64,000 bases of DNA, taken from positions 186,001-250,000 of the IMG/VR virus record IMGVR_UViG_3300035212_003113, one strand, 5' to 3'. A model generated the notes under the pieces. It was not told where the DNA came from, made no database searches, and saw only the letters and a list, made by a program, of their open reading frames with translations. Positions 25,883-35,601 of this stretch are shown here, in pieces. Made by a program: the position numbers and the translations under genes. Positions within the stretch are counted from its first letter, which is position 1. Each line of letters starts with the position of its first letter.

Positions 25883-27233
25883 CTATTCCGATCCAAAGCT
25901 AGATGGCGAGATGCTCCAGATCCTGGAGCGTATAGCTGCGCGTGCAGCTGGCAGTGGCGTAAATCCAAATGACCTAGTAAAGTATCTTTTCTTAGAGAGG
26001 ATTGTACACGATGGACTGCGGCACATTGGACTGCATTTCTCCGATGCAGAACGAAGACCTCTGATTATGCACCTAATGCGGTGCGACGTGGATGATCTAA
26101 AAGGTATAGCAGATGAGATGGTCTCTGTGCTCAAGGGCATGAGTGATAAGAATATCACTTACAGCTTTAAGTTAGGAGACAGGATCAAGAAGGCTTATCC
26201 AGTACGGGTAGATACAGCTGTATATACGGGTATAAATAAAGATTTCCCGGGTCTGGCGTCGCGGGCCGCAAACTTAATATCTTCGGGCCTATTAGAACCA
26301 GACGCAATTCGTAGAACAATCTCTCACCTCCCAGTGAGCGACCGACTTGACTTCTTGACCTGGTATGGATTAAAGTACAAGTCAGGAAAAAATATTTCTT
26401 ACTTGGCTGCCCAGGAGGACGTCTTGATCAAAAAAGTTGCTAATGGGGACGATCAGTTTCCTAGCTATATCTACGAGTTTGAGCGCCGAAACAAGCCTGC
26501 TGCAGAGGTTCCGGTTTCGGTAAGCTTTGCAAAAGATTCTGACGCAGATCCAATGTCTGCCGCTGAGTTTAAAAAGATGCGGGAGAAGATGGTCGGCAGG
26601 ACATTTGCCATTGACAAACTTCTGGAGAAATACCGTCACCTTCTCAAGGAAGAGCAGTTTGATGCGGTAGAAGATAGCCTTAATGCGCTGCGCAAAAACA
26701 TCCGCAGACTAAAGGTTGCTACACTTAGTGACGCAATAGAAAAAACTGCATTCATGGCAGAGCAAAACGACTGGTTCGAGGGAGCAGATCTTATTCGCCG
26801 CCTGGCAGCTAGTGATGAGCAATTCGTAAAGATTGCAAATCTAATATCACGTCCAGAGGACTTGGGCAAGGTATTGAAGTCTCTTGATGAAATCTCCGGC
26901 TTCCTGCGTCAGCGCGCCATAATAAGAGAGCTGTCGGCGCGTGATATCGATATCTTTAATCTTGGATTTGGCCATATGCCCGAGATTGGCGACGCAGCGG
27001 CAAAGCTAATGGAGGCATTTAATGGCGCTGCAAATAAAATAGACGATCTTGTTAGCAAGCTTCGCGCAGAGCTCCAGCAGCAGACCGCTCCGAAGATGGC
27101 TCCGGAAGTGGTTAAAACGCTCGTCAAGCCCCAGGACCTGCCCCTTGTCAAGGCTCTTGAGCCAGGCGTCGCTCCTGCGCAACCAGAGCCATCTGGCGAA
27201 TTAGCTCCTCTGCCCAAGAAGCCTCTTCTATGA
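25875..27233 (+). CDS. Hypothetical head-cluster protein
   Basis: Several KxA motifs, one helical module, Pro-rich tail. Confidence 0.75.
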   Translation: MFDYSDPKLDGEMLQILERIAARAAGSGVNPNDLVKYLFLERIVHDGLRHIGLHFSDAERRPLIMHLMRCDVDDLKGIADEMVSVLKGMSDKNITYSFKLGDRIKKAYPVRVDTAVYTGINKDFPGLASRAANLISSGLLEPDAIRRTISHLPVSDRLDFLTWYGLKYKSGKNISYLAAQEDVLIKKVANGDDQFPSYIYEFERRNKPAAEVPVSVSFAKDSDADPMSAAEFKKMREKMVGRTFAIDKLLEKYRHLLKEEQFDAVEDSLNALRKNIRRLKVATLSDAIEKTAFMAEQNDWFEGADLIRRLAASDEQFVKIANLISRPEDLGKVLKSLDEISGFLRQRAIIRELSARDIDIFNLGFGHMPEIGDAAAKLMEAFNGAANKIDDLVSKLRAELQQQTAPKMAPEVVKTLVKPQDLPLVKALEPGVAPAQPEPSGELAPLPKKPLL

Positions 27234-27937
27234 AAACCGTAGCGCATCTTATGAAAAAAGTTGCCGATATAGCTCGCATGTGCGGACTACCGCGGCCTTT
27301 TATCGTTGGAGGCGCAGTTCGCAATATGATATCTGGGACGGACCCTGCGGACTATGACATAACTTGTGGCTCTGAGCATAATCTACGCCTTGCAGACGAA
27401 GTCGCCAAACACTTTGGCGTACCGGTTTATGAAACCGGGGTCGGCGCCAAGAAAATGGTTATAGATGGTGTAGAGCTGGACTTCAGTCCTCATGTCATCT
27501 ATCATCACAGCGAGAAAGGTCCTTTTGAATCAGAGACCTATAGCCGCGATTTCACCATAAATACCATGATGGTGGCATGCGACAATGGTGAATTCGTAGA
27601 CCTATGTGGCGGGCTACAGGATCTAGAGAGCAGGATCATAAGATGTCCAGTCAGTCCTCAGGTAACTTTCAAGGACCCGGCCCGACTACTCAGGCTGCTG
27701 CGCCATATCGCAGACGGCCTAAGCCCTGATTCAGAAACAGAGGCGGAAGCATGCGCTCAATTTCACAATGTGGCGAAGCTGCATCACCGGCATGCGGGCA
27801 AGATGATAAATGATGCTATTCGCAAGAATCCGGCCGTGCTAGACTGGCTGCATAGTCGTGGTTTAATTAAGCATGTTCCAATGACAAAACTTATAATAGG
27901 AGAGCTGGCACGCCGTCGGCTACTGCACCATGCATGA
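27230..27937 (+). CDS. CCA-adding enzyme/poly(A) polymerase-family nucleotidyltransferase (short)
   Basis: FIVGGAVRN, DYDI, SRDFTIN, GGLQDL, KDPARLLR. Confidence 0.85.
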   Translation: MKTVAHLMKKVADIARMCGLPRPFIVGGAVRNMISGTDPADYDITCGSEHNLRLADEVAKHFGVPVYETGVGAKKMVIDGVELDFSPHVIYHHSEKGPFESETYSRDFTINTMMVACDNGEFVDLCGGLQDLESRIIRCPVSPQVTFKDPARLLRLLRHIADGLSPDSETEAEACAQFHNVAKLHHRHAGKMINDAIRKNPAVLDWLHSRGLIKHVPMTKLIIGELARRRLLHHA

Positions 27938-28322
27938 CTTAAAGAAGTGGAAACACAAGATAATAAATGAGGCGCTTGCAATTCACAATGAATGTGGACC
28001 AGACTCGTCCCCGCTGATCATGGCGCTTGCTGATTGGTCACGGGATCATCCACTGTGCGGGGACGATGCTCGAGTGCCGCCGTTCTTTAGGAACAATTAC
28101 GATTATGGCTCCGGAGAGGGTTTGACCGGCGCGCTTGAAGAGTACCGGAAGAAGTCTGCGCGATCACTCAAAAAGCGCGTTTACGAAGCGTATGCTACAG
28201 ACTCAGCAATTCCTACAGAGGCTTATTGCGGCAAAGAGCGCAATCGTCGGTACTGGCGATCTGCTGGATCCACAAAAGCAGTAAGAGATTTCTTGAAATA
28301 TATAGACCAGGTGAGCTGTTGA
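27930..28322 (+). CDS. Hypothetical protein
   Basis: Packed co-oriented ORF. Confidence 0.65.
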   Translation: MHDLKKWKHKIINEALAIHNECGPDSSPLIMALADWSRDHPLCGDDARVPPFFRNNYDYGSGEGLTGALEEYRKKSARSLKKRVYEAYATDSAIPTEAYCGKERNRRYWRSAGSTKAVRDFLKYIDQVSC

Positions 28323-28861
28323 AAAAGCTAGCGATTATCCGAACCCAGGACGGCGTGCACCGCTGTCCTTTTGGCCTAAGTATACAGACTGCCTGCAGGA
28401 ATGCGGGTAACTCCGTACTACGCATGGAAGCACTTGATAATGTCGAGGCGGATGATCGCGATCTGCAACTAGAGCACAATGTTGCCGCATATGCTTTGCA
28501 TGGGGCAGGGCGCTGCATATTTGCAGACAAGCTTGCGGAGAATGGCCGCGTAGTTCACTGTGACTATGGCGAGCCTGGCGCAGGCATGAGAGACTCCCCT
28601 ATGGATGCCATACAGGTGTATCCGCGAATGTTCGGCGCTATGGGTATTCACGGTTATTATAGCTATCCGCTGGCTAGCTACTGGGATAATCCTGGCAATG
28701 CCAATTTATTCGACGGCATCTATGGCTATGCATCCCAAGAAGAGCCTGGCCTTATAATTAATGCAGATTCTACGGAAAACACAGAATTAGATAGCGCTGA
28801 TGCGGAGAGGGTTTCTGCAGCGATTTCAGATCTAATTGGACACGGAGATGCAGATGAATGA
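28319..28861 (+). CDS. Hypothetical Cys-containing protein
   Basis: TTG start overlapping the upstream TGA with SD AGGTG gives MKKLAIIR. Confidence 0.7.
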   Translation: MKKLAIIRTQDGVHRCPFGLSIQTACRNAGNSVLRMEALDNVEADDRDLQLEHNVAAYALHGAGRCIFADKLAENGRVVHCDYGEPGAGMRDSPMDAIQVYPRMFGAMGIHGYYSYPLASYWDNPGNANLFDGIYGYASQEEPGLIINADSTENTELDSADAERVSAAISDLIGHGDADE

Positions 28862-29720
28862 CGAACTCCTAAATATAATCGATGACGACCTCATGCTTGA
28901 GGAGGATGGCGACTCTGGTGCAGACATCCATGTGATTCCAGGGTCAGGGCTTTCTGTCGTTGACCTAAAGGAGCCCGAGCGCGAGACCGATTGGGAAACC
29001 GATGGCGATCATGATAAATTTCTAGTCTATCTAGCCGATAAAATGAAGTCAATTCCGCGCCACCGCGGTCATACGACCGTAGGTGTAGAGCGCGCAATAT
29101 CCTATCTCAAGAAGCTTGATGGTGAGATTAGCAAGGCAATCCGCTCGGACGAGAAGAATATTATTGACGAGGAAGAGGCTGAGGGAATCCGTGATCAGAT
29201 TTATGATTATGTTGATCGCCTAGAAGAGGCTCTTCAGAATCTTAGTGACAAGAAGCACCGCCGCCGCAGCTCCAACGTGAAGATTTCTTCCTCGGTCTAC
29301 TCCCGCATCGGGCCAAATGGCGACCCAATGTATTATATTCGTGCAGAGAATGATGGCGAGGAGTCGCTGCTGCAGGTTGCGCTCGAGGAGCCTAGCGACC
29401 TACAGGTACGTGCCTATATTGAGTGGGAGGAGGGCAAGTTTAAGAAAGAGGCCTCCTCTGCTCGCATTGTCCTCATGGCCGATCCGTTTCTCCACGAGGT
29501 AACGAACATCATCATTCGCTCCCACGTAACCTATGGTCGCAACATCGAGTCAGTTTATCGTGATCTGGCTAAGAAGTATACCTTCACAAACCGTGATCAT
29601 CTCGCAGTCCACTCCCTCCTTCGGGAAAAGGGCTTGCTGATAGATCGTGATCTAAGTCGCCTAGGCGAGGAAGTTGAGATTGGCACCCAGAGTGTTGGCG
29701 CCAAATCTTATCCAGCCTGA
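28854..29720 (+). CDS. Hypothetical head-cluster protein
   Basis: SD GGAG; acidic N-terminus; FKKEA motif. Confidence 0.75.
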   Translation: MNDELLNIIDDDLMLEEDGDSGADIHVIPGSGLSVVDLKEPERETDWETDGDHDKFLVYLADKMKSIPRHRGHTTVGVERAISYLKKLDGEISKAIRSDEKNIIDEEEAEGIRDQIYDYVDRLEEALQNLSDKKHRRRSSNVKISSSVYSRIGPNGDPMYYIRAENDGEESLLQVALEEPSDLQVRAYIEWEEGKFKKEASSARIVLMADPFLHEVTNIIIRSHVTYGRNIESVYRDLAKKYTFTNRDHLAVHSLLREKGLLIDRDLSRLGEEVEIGTQSVGAKSYPA

Positions 29721-29728
29721 GGAGAAGC

Positions 29729-30226
29729 ATGACCATTTGGGATGATCTCTATAAAGACCTAGTAAAGAGCGAGCTTCGCCAGGATGGCGTATCGCCGCTA
29801 GATGGCGAGTTCCGTACTGTCGAGGCCAAAGTCGATGAACTGCGCAAGCGAGTAGGTCTAGATGCAGTACAGAGTATGACAAAAGAAGCATCTATGCGCA
29901 AGTCTGCCGCTGATTCTGGCCGAGACAAGCAGATGGAGCAGTGCGCCATTGATGCAAAGTCATATGCCTCTGGTCTCGTTGATCTGCGTCGTGCCGGCAT
30001 AACGCTGCGAGCTGTGATGGATGACCTAAAAAATAAATTCCATGATAAGCTTGAGCTAATTCGAGATATGGAGAATGAACTGGAAGAGTTCGTTCAAAAG
30101 CAGTTAGATAAATACAAAGTTGACTCACCTGCGCCGATACCAGTGCTATATAACAAGCCAGAAGGCGGGCAAAGAGACGAAGACAACAATATATTCGAAA
30201 ATATCTCTGATAAGCTAAAGCACTGA
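29729..30226 (+). CDS. Hypothetical head-cluster protein
   Basis: SD GAGGAG; MTKEASMRKSA. Confidence 0.75.
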   Translation: MTIWDDLYKDLVKSELRQDGVSPLDGEFRTVEAKVDELRKRVGLDAVQSMTKEASMRKSAADSGRDKQMEQCAIDAKSYASGLVDLRRAGITLRAVMDDLKNKFHDKLELIRDMENELEEFVQKQLDKYKVDSPAPIPVLYNKPEGGQRDEDNNIFENISDKLKH

Positions 30227-30246
30227 AAAGCGCCTGTAGTTGCAAT

Positions 30247-30279
30247 AAGTCCGGCTTAAAATGCCGGATTTATGTTTTT
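30247..30279 (+). terminator. Hairpin/possible terminator before terL
   Basis: AAGTCCGGC-ttaaaat-GCCGGATTT followed by a T-rich tract. Confidence 0.5.
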
Positions 30280-30290
30280 GTGGAGCAAGC

Positions 30291-32150
30291 ATGGTAAGCC
30301 CTAAGAAAATAAAAGCTTTAACACCGAAAGACATTTTTGATGAAATCAAGAAAGATATCTCAAAAATAGATCCAGTTAGCTTTGCAGAAAATCATTTGAC
30401 AATAGACGGAAAGCCATTCGACTTATCGGGCTCGGGCTGGAAGTACATGGCGGAAATCTATCGGATGATATCTGCTCAGGTAGAGAATAAAGAGGCGCGC
30501 CCAATTGTTCTACTGAAGGGACGTCAGGTCGGTGCAACCATCATGGCAGGGGTGCTCAGCCTACACATGGGTAGCTCTGGCCTATATGGTATTGAATCCG
30601 GCAAACCCCCGATCCGAGTCATGCATGTTTTTCCTGATCTGAAGCGCTGCGGCGTGTATGCAAAGGATATTCTTGCAAGTCTAATTAGCGGTGCTAAAGA
30701 GAATTATATCTCAAGGCGTGCGCTTAAGGTTGCAAAGGTCGTAGATCTGGAGGACACGCAGACCCAGAAGAATTTTGTCGGCATGAACAAGATTCGTATC
30801 GACTCCATAGGGAAGTCAGGCGACCGTATTCGCGGTAGCACGCAGGATGTTTTGCTTTATGATGAAATCCAAGACATGGGGCGCACTGCCATAGAGAATA
30901 CTCTCAAGGTTCTAACTGCAACCCCATACGGTGCTCCTACTAAGGGGGTACAGGTATTCTTTGGAACGCCTAAGCATGCAGGCTCATACTTCTGGTCTCT
31001 CTGGGAAGACTCTGATCAGCGATTTTATCAACTGCGCTGCAAGCATTGCGACCACCATTTCTTTCTCTATAATCTTGAAAATGATGACTGGAACGAGACT
31101 TGGGTAAAAGAGCAACTAGTAAAGTGTCCTTCCTGCCTAAAGACTCAGGACAAGAGAGAGGCAGTAGACCTGGGAAGGTGGGTCGCAACTAAGCCGTTTA
31201 ATGCAAAGGGCGAGCCGCAGAAATTCGTAGGATATCATTTTAACATGATGCTTAGCCCTCTCTTCACAAAAGAGAATGTGCTTGAGTACTGGCCGCAGCA
31301 TAATAAAAATGCATCCGAGCGGGCATGGAGAAACGAGACCAAGGGGCAATTTTACTCTGCTAGCGAAGTACCGCTTACCTTGGAAGAGGTTTATGCAAAT
31401 GCTCTCGACGAGAGTCGCGGCGTTGCAAAAAGTATATCCTCTCCAGCCGGCAAGAGTTACTTCCTTGGGATGGACTGGGGTGAGAAGGTTGAATCTGATT
31501 CAGACCTAGAGGCGAAACGCGGCAAATCTTTCACCTGTGCTGTCATACTATCAGTGGATCACACAGGCGTTCTCACTATAGAGAATGCGGTTCGCCTAAA
31601 AAAGAATGACCCGGATTACAAGATGAATGTTGTCCGCAAACTAATGTCTGATTTTCACATAGATCAGGCGGCAGCAGACTTTTATTACGGCAACGACTTT
31701 GTTCGACTGGTTCAGCATAACGAGGGCCTAAAGGATAAATTCTTGGGCTGCACAAATCTCAGTAACTCTAAGCGAGCTTTCTCTTATGATGAGAAAGACC
31801 TAATGGTAGGCGTGAACAAGGACCAGGTCCTTGATGAGATATTTGCTCTATTTAAGAGAGGGCGTATAAAAATACCGGCCAAAGGCGACTCACTAGAGCT
31901 ACTGAGTTGGCTAGTTGATCATATTACGTCCATGGAAACACACACCAAGACAAAAGACGGCATTGTGCTAAAAACATATAAAAAGGGCGTAATACAGAAC
32001 GACGGATTAATGGCACTAATGTACGCATATACAGCGTACAAATTCATGGTAACTCGCAAATTCAGCGAATTTGCAGTCGAGGGTGTAAATAAAAAACGCC
32101 AAGAAGAGGTAGTTGTTCCAGTTGTGGGCTACATTCCGCGCATGCACTGA
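30291..32150 (+). CDS. terL: Terminase large subunit (lambda gpA-like)
   Basis: Walker A KGRQVGAT, Walker B LLYDEIQD, motif III FGTP, CxxC...CxxC, nuclease GMDWG and NDGLMA; SD GGAG before ATG 30291. Confidence 0.9.
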   Translation: MVSPKKIKALTPKDIFDEIKKDISKIDPVSFAENHLTIDGKPFDLSGSGWKYMAEIYRMISAQVENKEARPIVLLKGRQVGATIMAGVLSLHMGSSGLYGIESGKPPIRVMHVFPDLKRCGVYAKDILASLISGAKENYISRRALKVAKVVDLEDTQTQKNFVGMNKIRIDSIGKSGDRIRGSTQDVLLYDEIQDMGRTAIENTLKVLTATPYGAPTKGVQVFFGTPKHAGSYFWSLWEDSDQRFYQLRCKHCDHHFFLYNLENDDWNETWVKEQLVKCPSCLKTQDKREAVDLGRWVATKPFNAKGEPQKFVGYHFNMMLSPLFTKENVLEYWPQHNKNASERAWRNETKGQFYSASEVPLTLEEVYANALDESRGVAKSISSPAGKSYFLGMDWGEKVESDSDLEAKRGKSFTCAVILSVDHTGVLTIENAVRLKKNDPDYKMNVVRKLMSDFHIDQAAADFYYGNDFVRLVQHNEGLKDKFLGCTNLSNSKRAFSYDEKDLMVGVNKDQVLDEIFALFKRGRIKIPAKGDSLELLSWLVDHITSMETHTKTKDGIVLKTYKKGVIQNDGLMALMYAYTAYKFMVTRKFSEFAVEGVNKKRQEEVVVPVVGYIPRMH

Positions 32151-32158
32151 GGTAGGAT

Positions 32159-34000
32159 ATGACAGATAATCACAATAAATGGGGCACAGTAGATTGGCAG
32201 ACTCCACCAGAGCCGCTCGCCTTGGCGTCCCGCCCTGATGGCAAGACGCCGTATCGCCCACCTGCGTATTCTAATGTCTCCGTTCCTGAGCGCACGCGGG
32301 ACTTTGCCATTAGCGAGGCATCCCTGCGCTCATTAGGCCCGGAGCGCCGTGCTCAAGTAGAGGATGAGATGCTGCGCAAGACAGCGGTAGCTGGCGATCC
32401 TCGCGTACAGTTAGGCAATGCAGTTGCAGCTGGCAAGCAAAGCCTTATCAAGACTGCTGCTGCTTCAGAACTAGGCGGACAGCTGCATATCGCTGGTCGT
32501 GGCAATACCACGAACATGATGCCTAATCTGTATTCGCCTCTGTTTCTGACTGCCAACCTACAGCTGCCGCGTGATCGCATAACCGCTAATGCGTGGAATC
32601 GCGCATTCTACGAGACAAATCCTCTTGTACGTAATGCAATCAACCTTCATGCTACTTATCCGATTAGCAAGCTAGTTATCAAGTGCAAGGATAAGAAAAT
32701 CGAGCGCAAGTACTTGGACATGGCGAAGCGCGTTGATCTTTTCAACGTAGTTCAGCAGGTAGCCCTCGAGTACTGGATGATTGGCGAAGTATTTCCATAT
32801 GCGGAGTACGACGAAGACCGCAACATGTGGTCGAAGATATACTGCCACAATCCAGACTACGTTGTAGTAAAGCGTACCCCGATTCCAGGTGAATCGATTA
32901 TTGCTCTTAAGCCAGACCCCAAGCTGCTGCAAATAGTTCAGTCAAATGACCCGGTCCATCGCGCGTATCGCGAGAAAATGGATCCGTCGCTGCTAGATGC
33001 AATTGCTCGCAACGAGTACATTCCACTCGATGGCTTTAATATTAGCCACATCAAGAACGAGTCGACAGCATACAATACCCACGGATCCTCTGTTATAGTT
33101 TCTGTCTGGAAAGATCTCGTGCTGTGGGACCTTTTCCGCGAGAATAAGTTTATTCAGGCAGATGCCATGGTAAATCCCATGACACTGGTAAAGGTAGGCG
33201 CCTCGAATGCAGATGGTCACTATCCGCGACAGGAAGAGCTGTCGGCTATGCGTGATGTGTTCGAGCATGCGCAGTACGATAAGGATTTTAAGATATTTAC
33301 GCACCCAGATGTTGCAATAGAGAGAATCGGCTACAACGGCGGTATCCTCGACATATCTGGAGACTTGAATTTTATACTTGATAATATATTCATTGGCCTT
33401 ATGGTCCCGAAGGCAGTGATTACGCAGGAGGGTGCGTCCTACGCCTCGGCGTCAGTCGCTCTCGACGTCATTCGTCAGCGATATAATAACTTCCGCACGA
33501 AGATGACAAACTGGCTTGTGAATAAGATCTTTGCGCCCATGGCAGAGGCCAATGACTTTTATGAGACCATTGATGGCCAGAAGCATCTGGTCCTGCCCGA
33601 GATAGAGTGGAATCAGATGACGCTCTATGACGTCGATACGTACATAGGTCATCTCCTGAATTTGCTTGACAAGACTCCGCCTACTGCGCCGGTAGGCGTA
33701 AGTCGCACAACCGTGTACCGCAGTCTTGGGCTAGATTTCCAGGACGAGCTAGCGAATCAGAGGAAAGAGGCAATTCAGATGGCAATTGTTGCCAAAGAGA
33801 TGGCTGCGATTGCAGGCATGTCCTTGTCCGAGCTCCGTACGCTTGATCCCGATCAGCCGATCATAGAAAAAGAGGATGCGCTGCTGCCCGGAGTTGCTCC
33901 AGAGGGTGCCCCTCCAGGCGGAGACATGGGGATGCCTCCTTCGGGACCTGATGCCGGTCCACCGCCTGGTGGCGCCGAGCTACCTATGCCGCCGATGTGA
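32159..34000 (+). CDS. Portal protein
   Basis: Follows terL; FYETNPLVRNAINLH, EYWMIGEVFPY, NPDYV, helical C-half, Pro/Gly tail. Confidence 0.8.
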   Translation: MTDNHNKWGTVDWQTPPEPLALASRPDGKTPYRPPAYSNVSVPERTRDFAISEASLRSLGPERRAQVEDEMLRKTAVAGDPRVQLGNAVAAGKQSLIKTAAASELGGQLHIAGRGNTTNMMPNLYSPLFLTANLQLPRDRITANAWNRAFYETNPLVRNAINLHATYPISKLVIKCKDKKIERKYLDMAKRVDLFNVVQQVALEYWMIGEVFPYAEYDEDRNMWSKIYCHNPDYVVVKRTPIPGESIIALKPDPKLLQIVQSNDPVHRAYREKMDPSLLDAIARNEYIPLDGFNISHIKNESTAYNTHGSSVIVSVWKDLVLWDLFRENKFIQADAMVNPMTLVKVGASNADGHYPRQEELSAMRDVFEHAQYDKDFKIFTHPDVAIERIGYNGGILDISGDLNFILDNIFIGLMVPKAVITQEGASYASASVALDVIRQRYNNFRTKMTNWLVNKIFAPMAEANDFYETIDGQKHLVLPEIEWNQMTLYDVDTYIGHLLNLLDKTPPTAPVGVSRTTVYRSLGLDFQDELANQRKEAIQMAIVAKEMAAIAGMSLSELRTLDPDQPIIEKEDALLPGVAPEGAPPGGDMGMPPSGPDAGPPPGGAELPMPPM

Positions 34001-34006
34001 TGAGAG

Positions 34007-34423
34007 ATGCTTAAGAATGATATAAAACTGTACAAGGATGGCAATCGAGCCGCAGAGATGCGGCTCATCTCCTTTATTCTTGACTGCGAAAAGCGCTTGG
34101 ATCGCAATGCTGCAGCCGCGCTGGTCAGTGTCGGAGGGAAGGTAGGAACAATAGCGAGACTTGCTACTGAAAAGATTGCGGCTGAGCTACTCAAGAAACA
34201 GGCCCAGGTGCAACTAAAGATCAGGATCCAGAGCTGCCTAAATACTATTGAAAGCTCCGGCTTTTTTCGTGATGCCGGTGCGAGCAAAAGCGTATGGGTG
34301 CCGCTTCTTAAGGAGGCCTCGGCACTGCGCTGGAGATTGAAAACCGACCAGGAAGTATATAATATTGATCTAAGAATAAGAAGAATGATAGATCTTGCGC
34401 GCCAAATCGGGATTAGCATATGA
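34007..34423 (+). CDS. Hypothetical protein
   Basis: Packed ORF with KIA/KQA/KEA motifs. Confidence 0.65.
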   Translation: MLKNDIKLYKDGNRAAEMRLISFILDCEKRLDRNAAAALVSVGGKVGTIARLATEKIAAELLKKQAQVQLKIRIQSCLNTIESSGFFRDAGASKSVWVPLLKEASALRWRLKTDQEVYNIDLRIRRMIDLARQIGISI

Positions 34424-35586
34424 CCAAAAAGATCGAGCCGATACAAAAAAAATCTTGGACACTGAAAAGCATTGAAAAAGATATATTAGGCGCCCTTCCA
34501 GATATAAAAAAGGAGAAGGATCGTCTAGTCAAGATGGTGACAGACAAGTTTTCAGATGAGGGCGACGCTGATGAGACCAAGAGGGAGGATGTTCGGCCAC
34601 AGAGCCAGAAGCGCCCTCCTAAACCCGTAATAGCTCAGCAGGATGCCATACTGGTGCCGCCTGGAACCAGAGTTCATGCAATAAGGGACGGCATTGCTTC
34701 TGTGCACAGAGATACGGTAGAAGGTCATATAGTGACTATAGCAGATCCAGTTTTCTACGGGATTGGTAATTTTCTTGGATTTGGAAAGGACGATGCCTAT
34801 GTTTATTCCGGGTTTGCATCAATACAGGTAAAAGACGGCGACGAGATAAAGAGTGGACAGGTAATAGGTATTGCGCGGCCAATGCCAGGCTCATCAGGCA
34901 AGTCGTATATCAGGATAACAAAAAAAGTGGACGGTTCCCGCTCCACTATGGCCCAATCAGAACTGCACTCTGCAGTCAAGACTTCTGATTTTTCAAAGAT
35001 TCCTCGCGAGGGCATAACGAGCACGAATGCCTCTCGCCCCGTAGATGCTCCGATCAAAGGGTCACCAGGGACTAGAGACACCAACACCTATAACAGCGTT
35101 ATAGATCAATTTCAAGTAGATAAGAATCCAAGATATACCCCTCGCGCGCACAAGCCAGGCGGGAGCCTCCAGACATTTTGCAATATATTTGTCTGGGATG
35201 TGACAGAGGCGATGGGCTCCCCGCTGCCTCACTGGGTCGATGGGAATGGAAATCCTGCTCAGCCTGGCAAGGGAAGTCGCGAACTAAACGGCAATGCTAG
35301 CGTAGACTGGCTGGCCCAGCATGGCTCTAGATTCGGCTGGAAAGAGGTCGATGAGGCAGAGGCGCAGGAGTACGCTAACAAGGGTCATGCCGTCGTTGCA
35401 GGCCAGAAAGAAATCGGCAAATCAAAGATTGGTCACGTTGCAATGGTTAGACCGGGAAAGATAACAAGGCATGGACCGTCTGTAGCAAATGCTGGGGGCA
35501 GGAATATAAACAAGGCTCAGGTGGCACAGGTATTTGGAGCTGGCTACAAGAATGGTCTAATAAGATATTGGGCAAACCTTGCATAA
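34420..35586 (+). CDS. Degenerate M23-like domain fused to a CHAP/NlpC-like Cys-His peptidoglycan hydrolase
   Basis: PGTRVHAIRDG...VKDGDEIKSGQVIG without metal-ligand His; TFCNIFV and GHVAMV. Confidence 0.7.
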   Translation: MTKKIEPIQKKSWTLKSIEKDILGALPDIKKEKDRLVKMVTDKFSDEGDADETKREDVRPQSQKRPPKPVIAQQDAILVPPGTRVHAIRDGIASVHRDTVEGHIVTIADPVFYGIGNFLGFGKDDAYVYSGFASIQVKDGDEIKSGQVIGIARPMPGSSGKSYIRITKKVDGSRSTMAQSELHSAVKTSDFSKIPREGITSTNASRPVDAPIKGSPGTRDTNTYNSVIDQFQVDKNPRYTPRAHKPGGSLQTFCNIFVWDVTEAMGSPLPHWVDGNGNPAQPGKGSRELNGNASVDWLAQHGSRFGWKEVDEAEAQEYANKGHAVVAGQKEIGKSKIGHVAMVRPGKITRHGPSVANAGGRNINKAQVAQVFGAGYKNGLIRYWANLA

Positions 35587-35601
35587 AATCGGAGCAAGAA
35601 T

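Noticed and set aside
2780-32150. Inteins or introns in dnaE, recA or terL
   Set aside because: Lengths are normal; no C...HN splice motifs or LAGLIDADG domains seen
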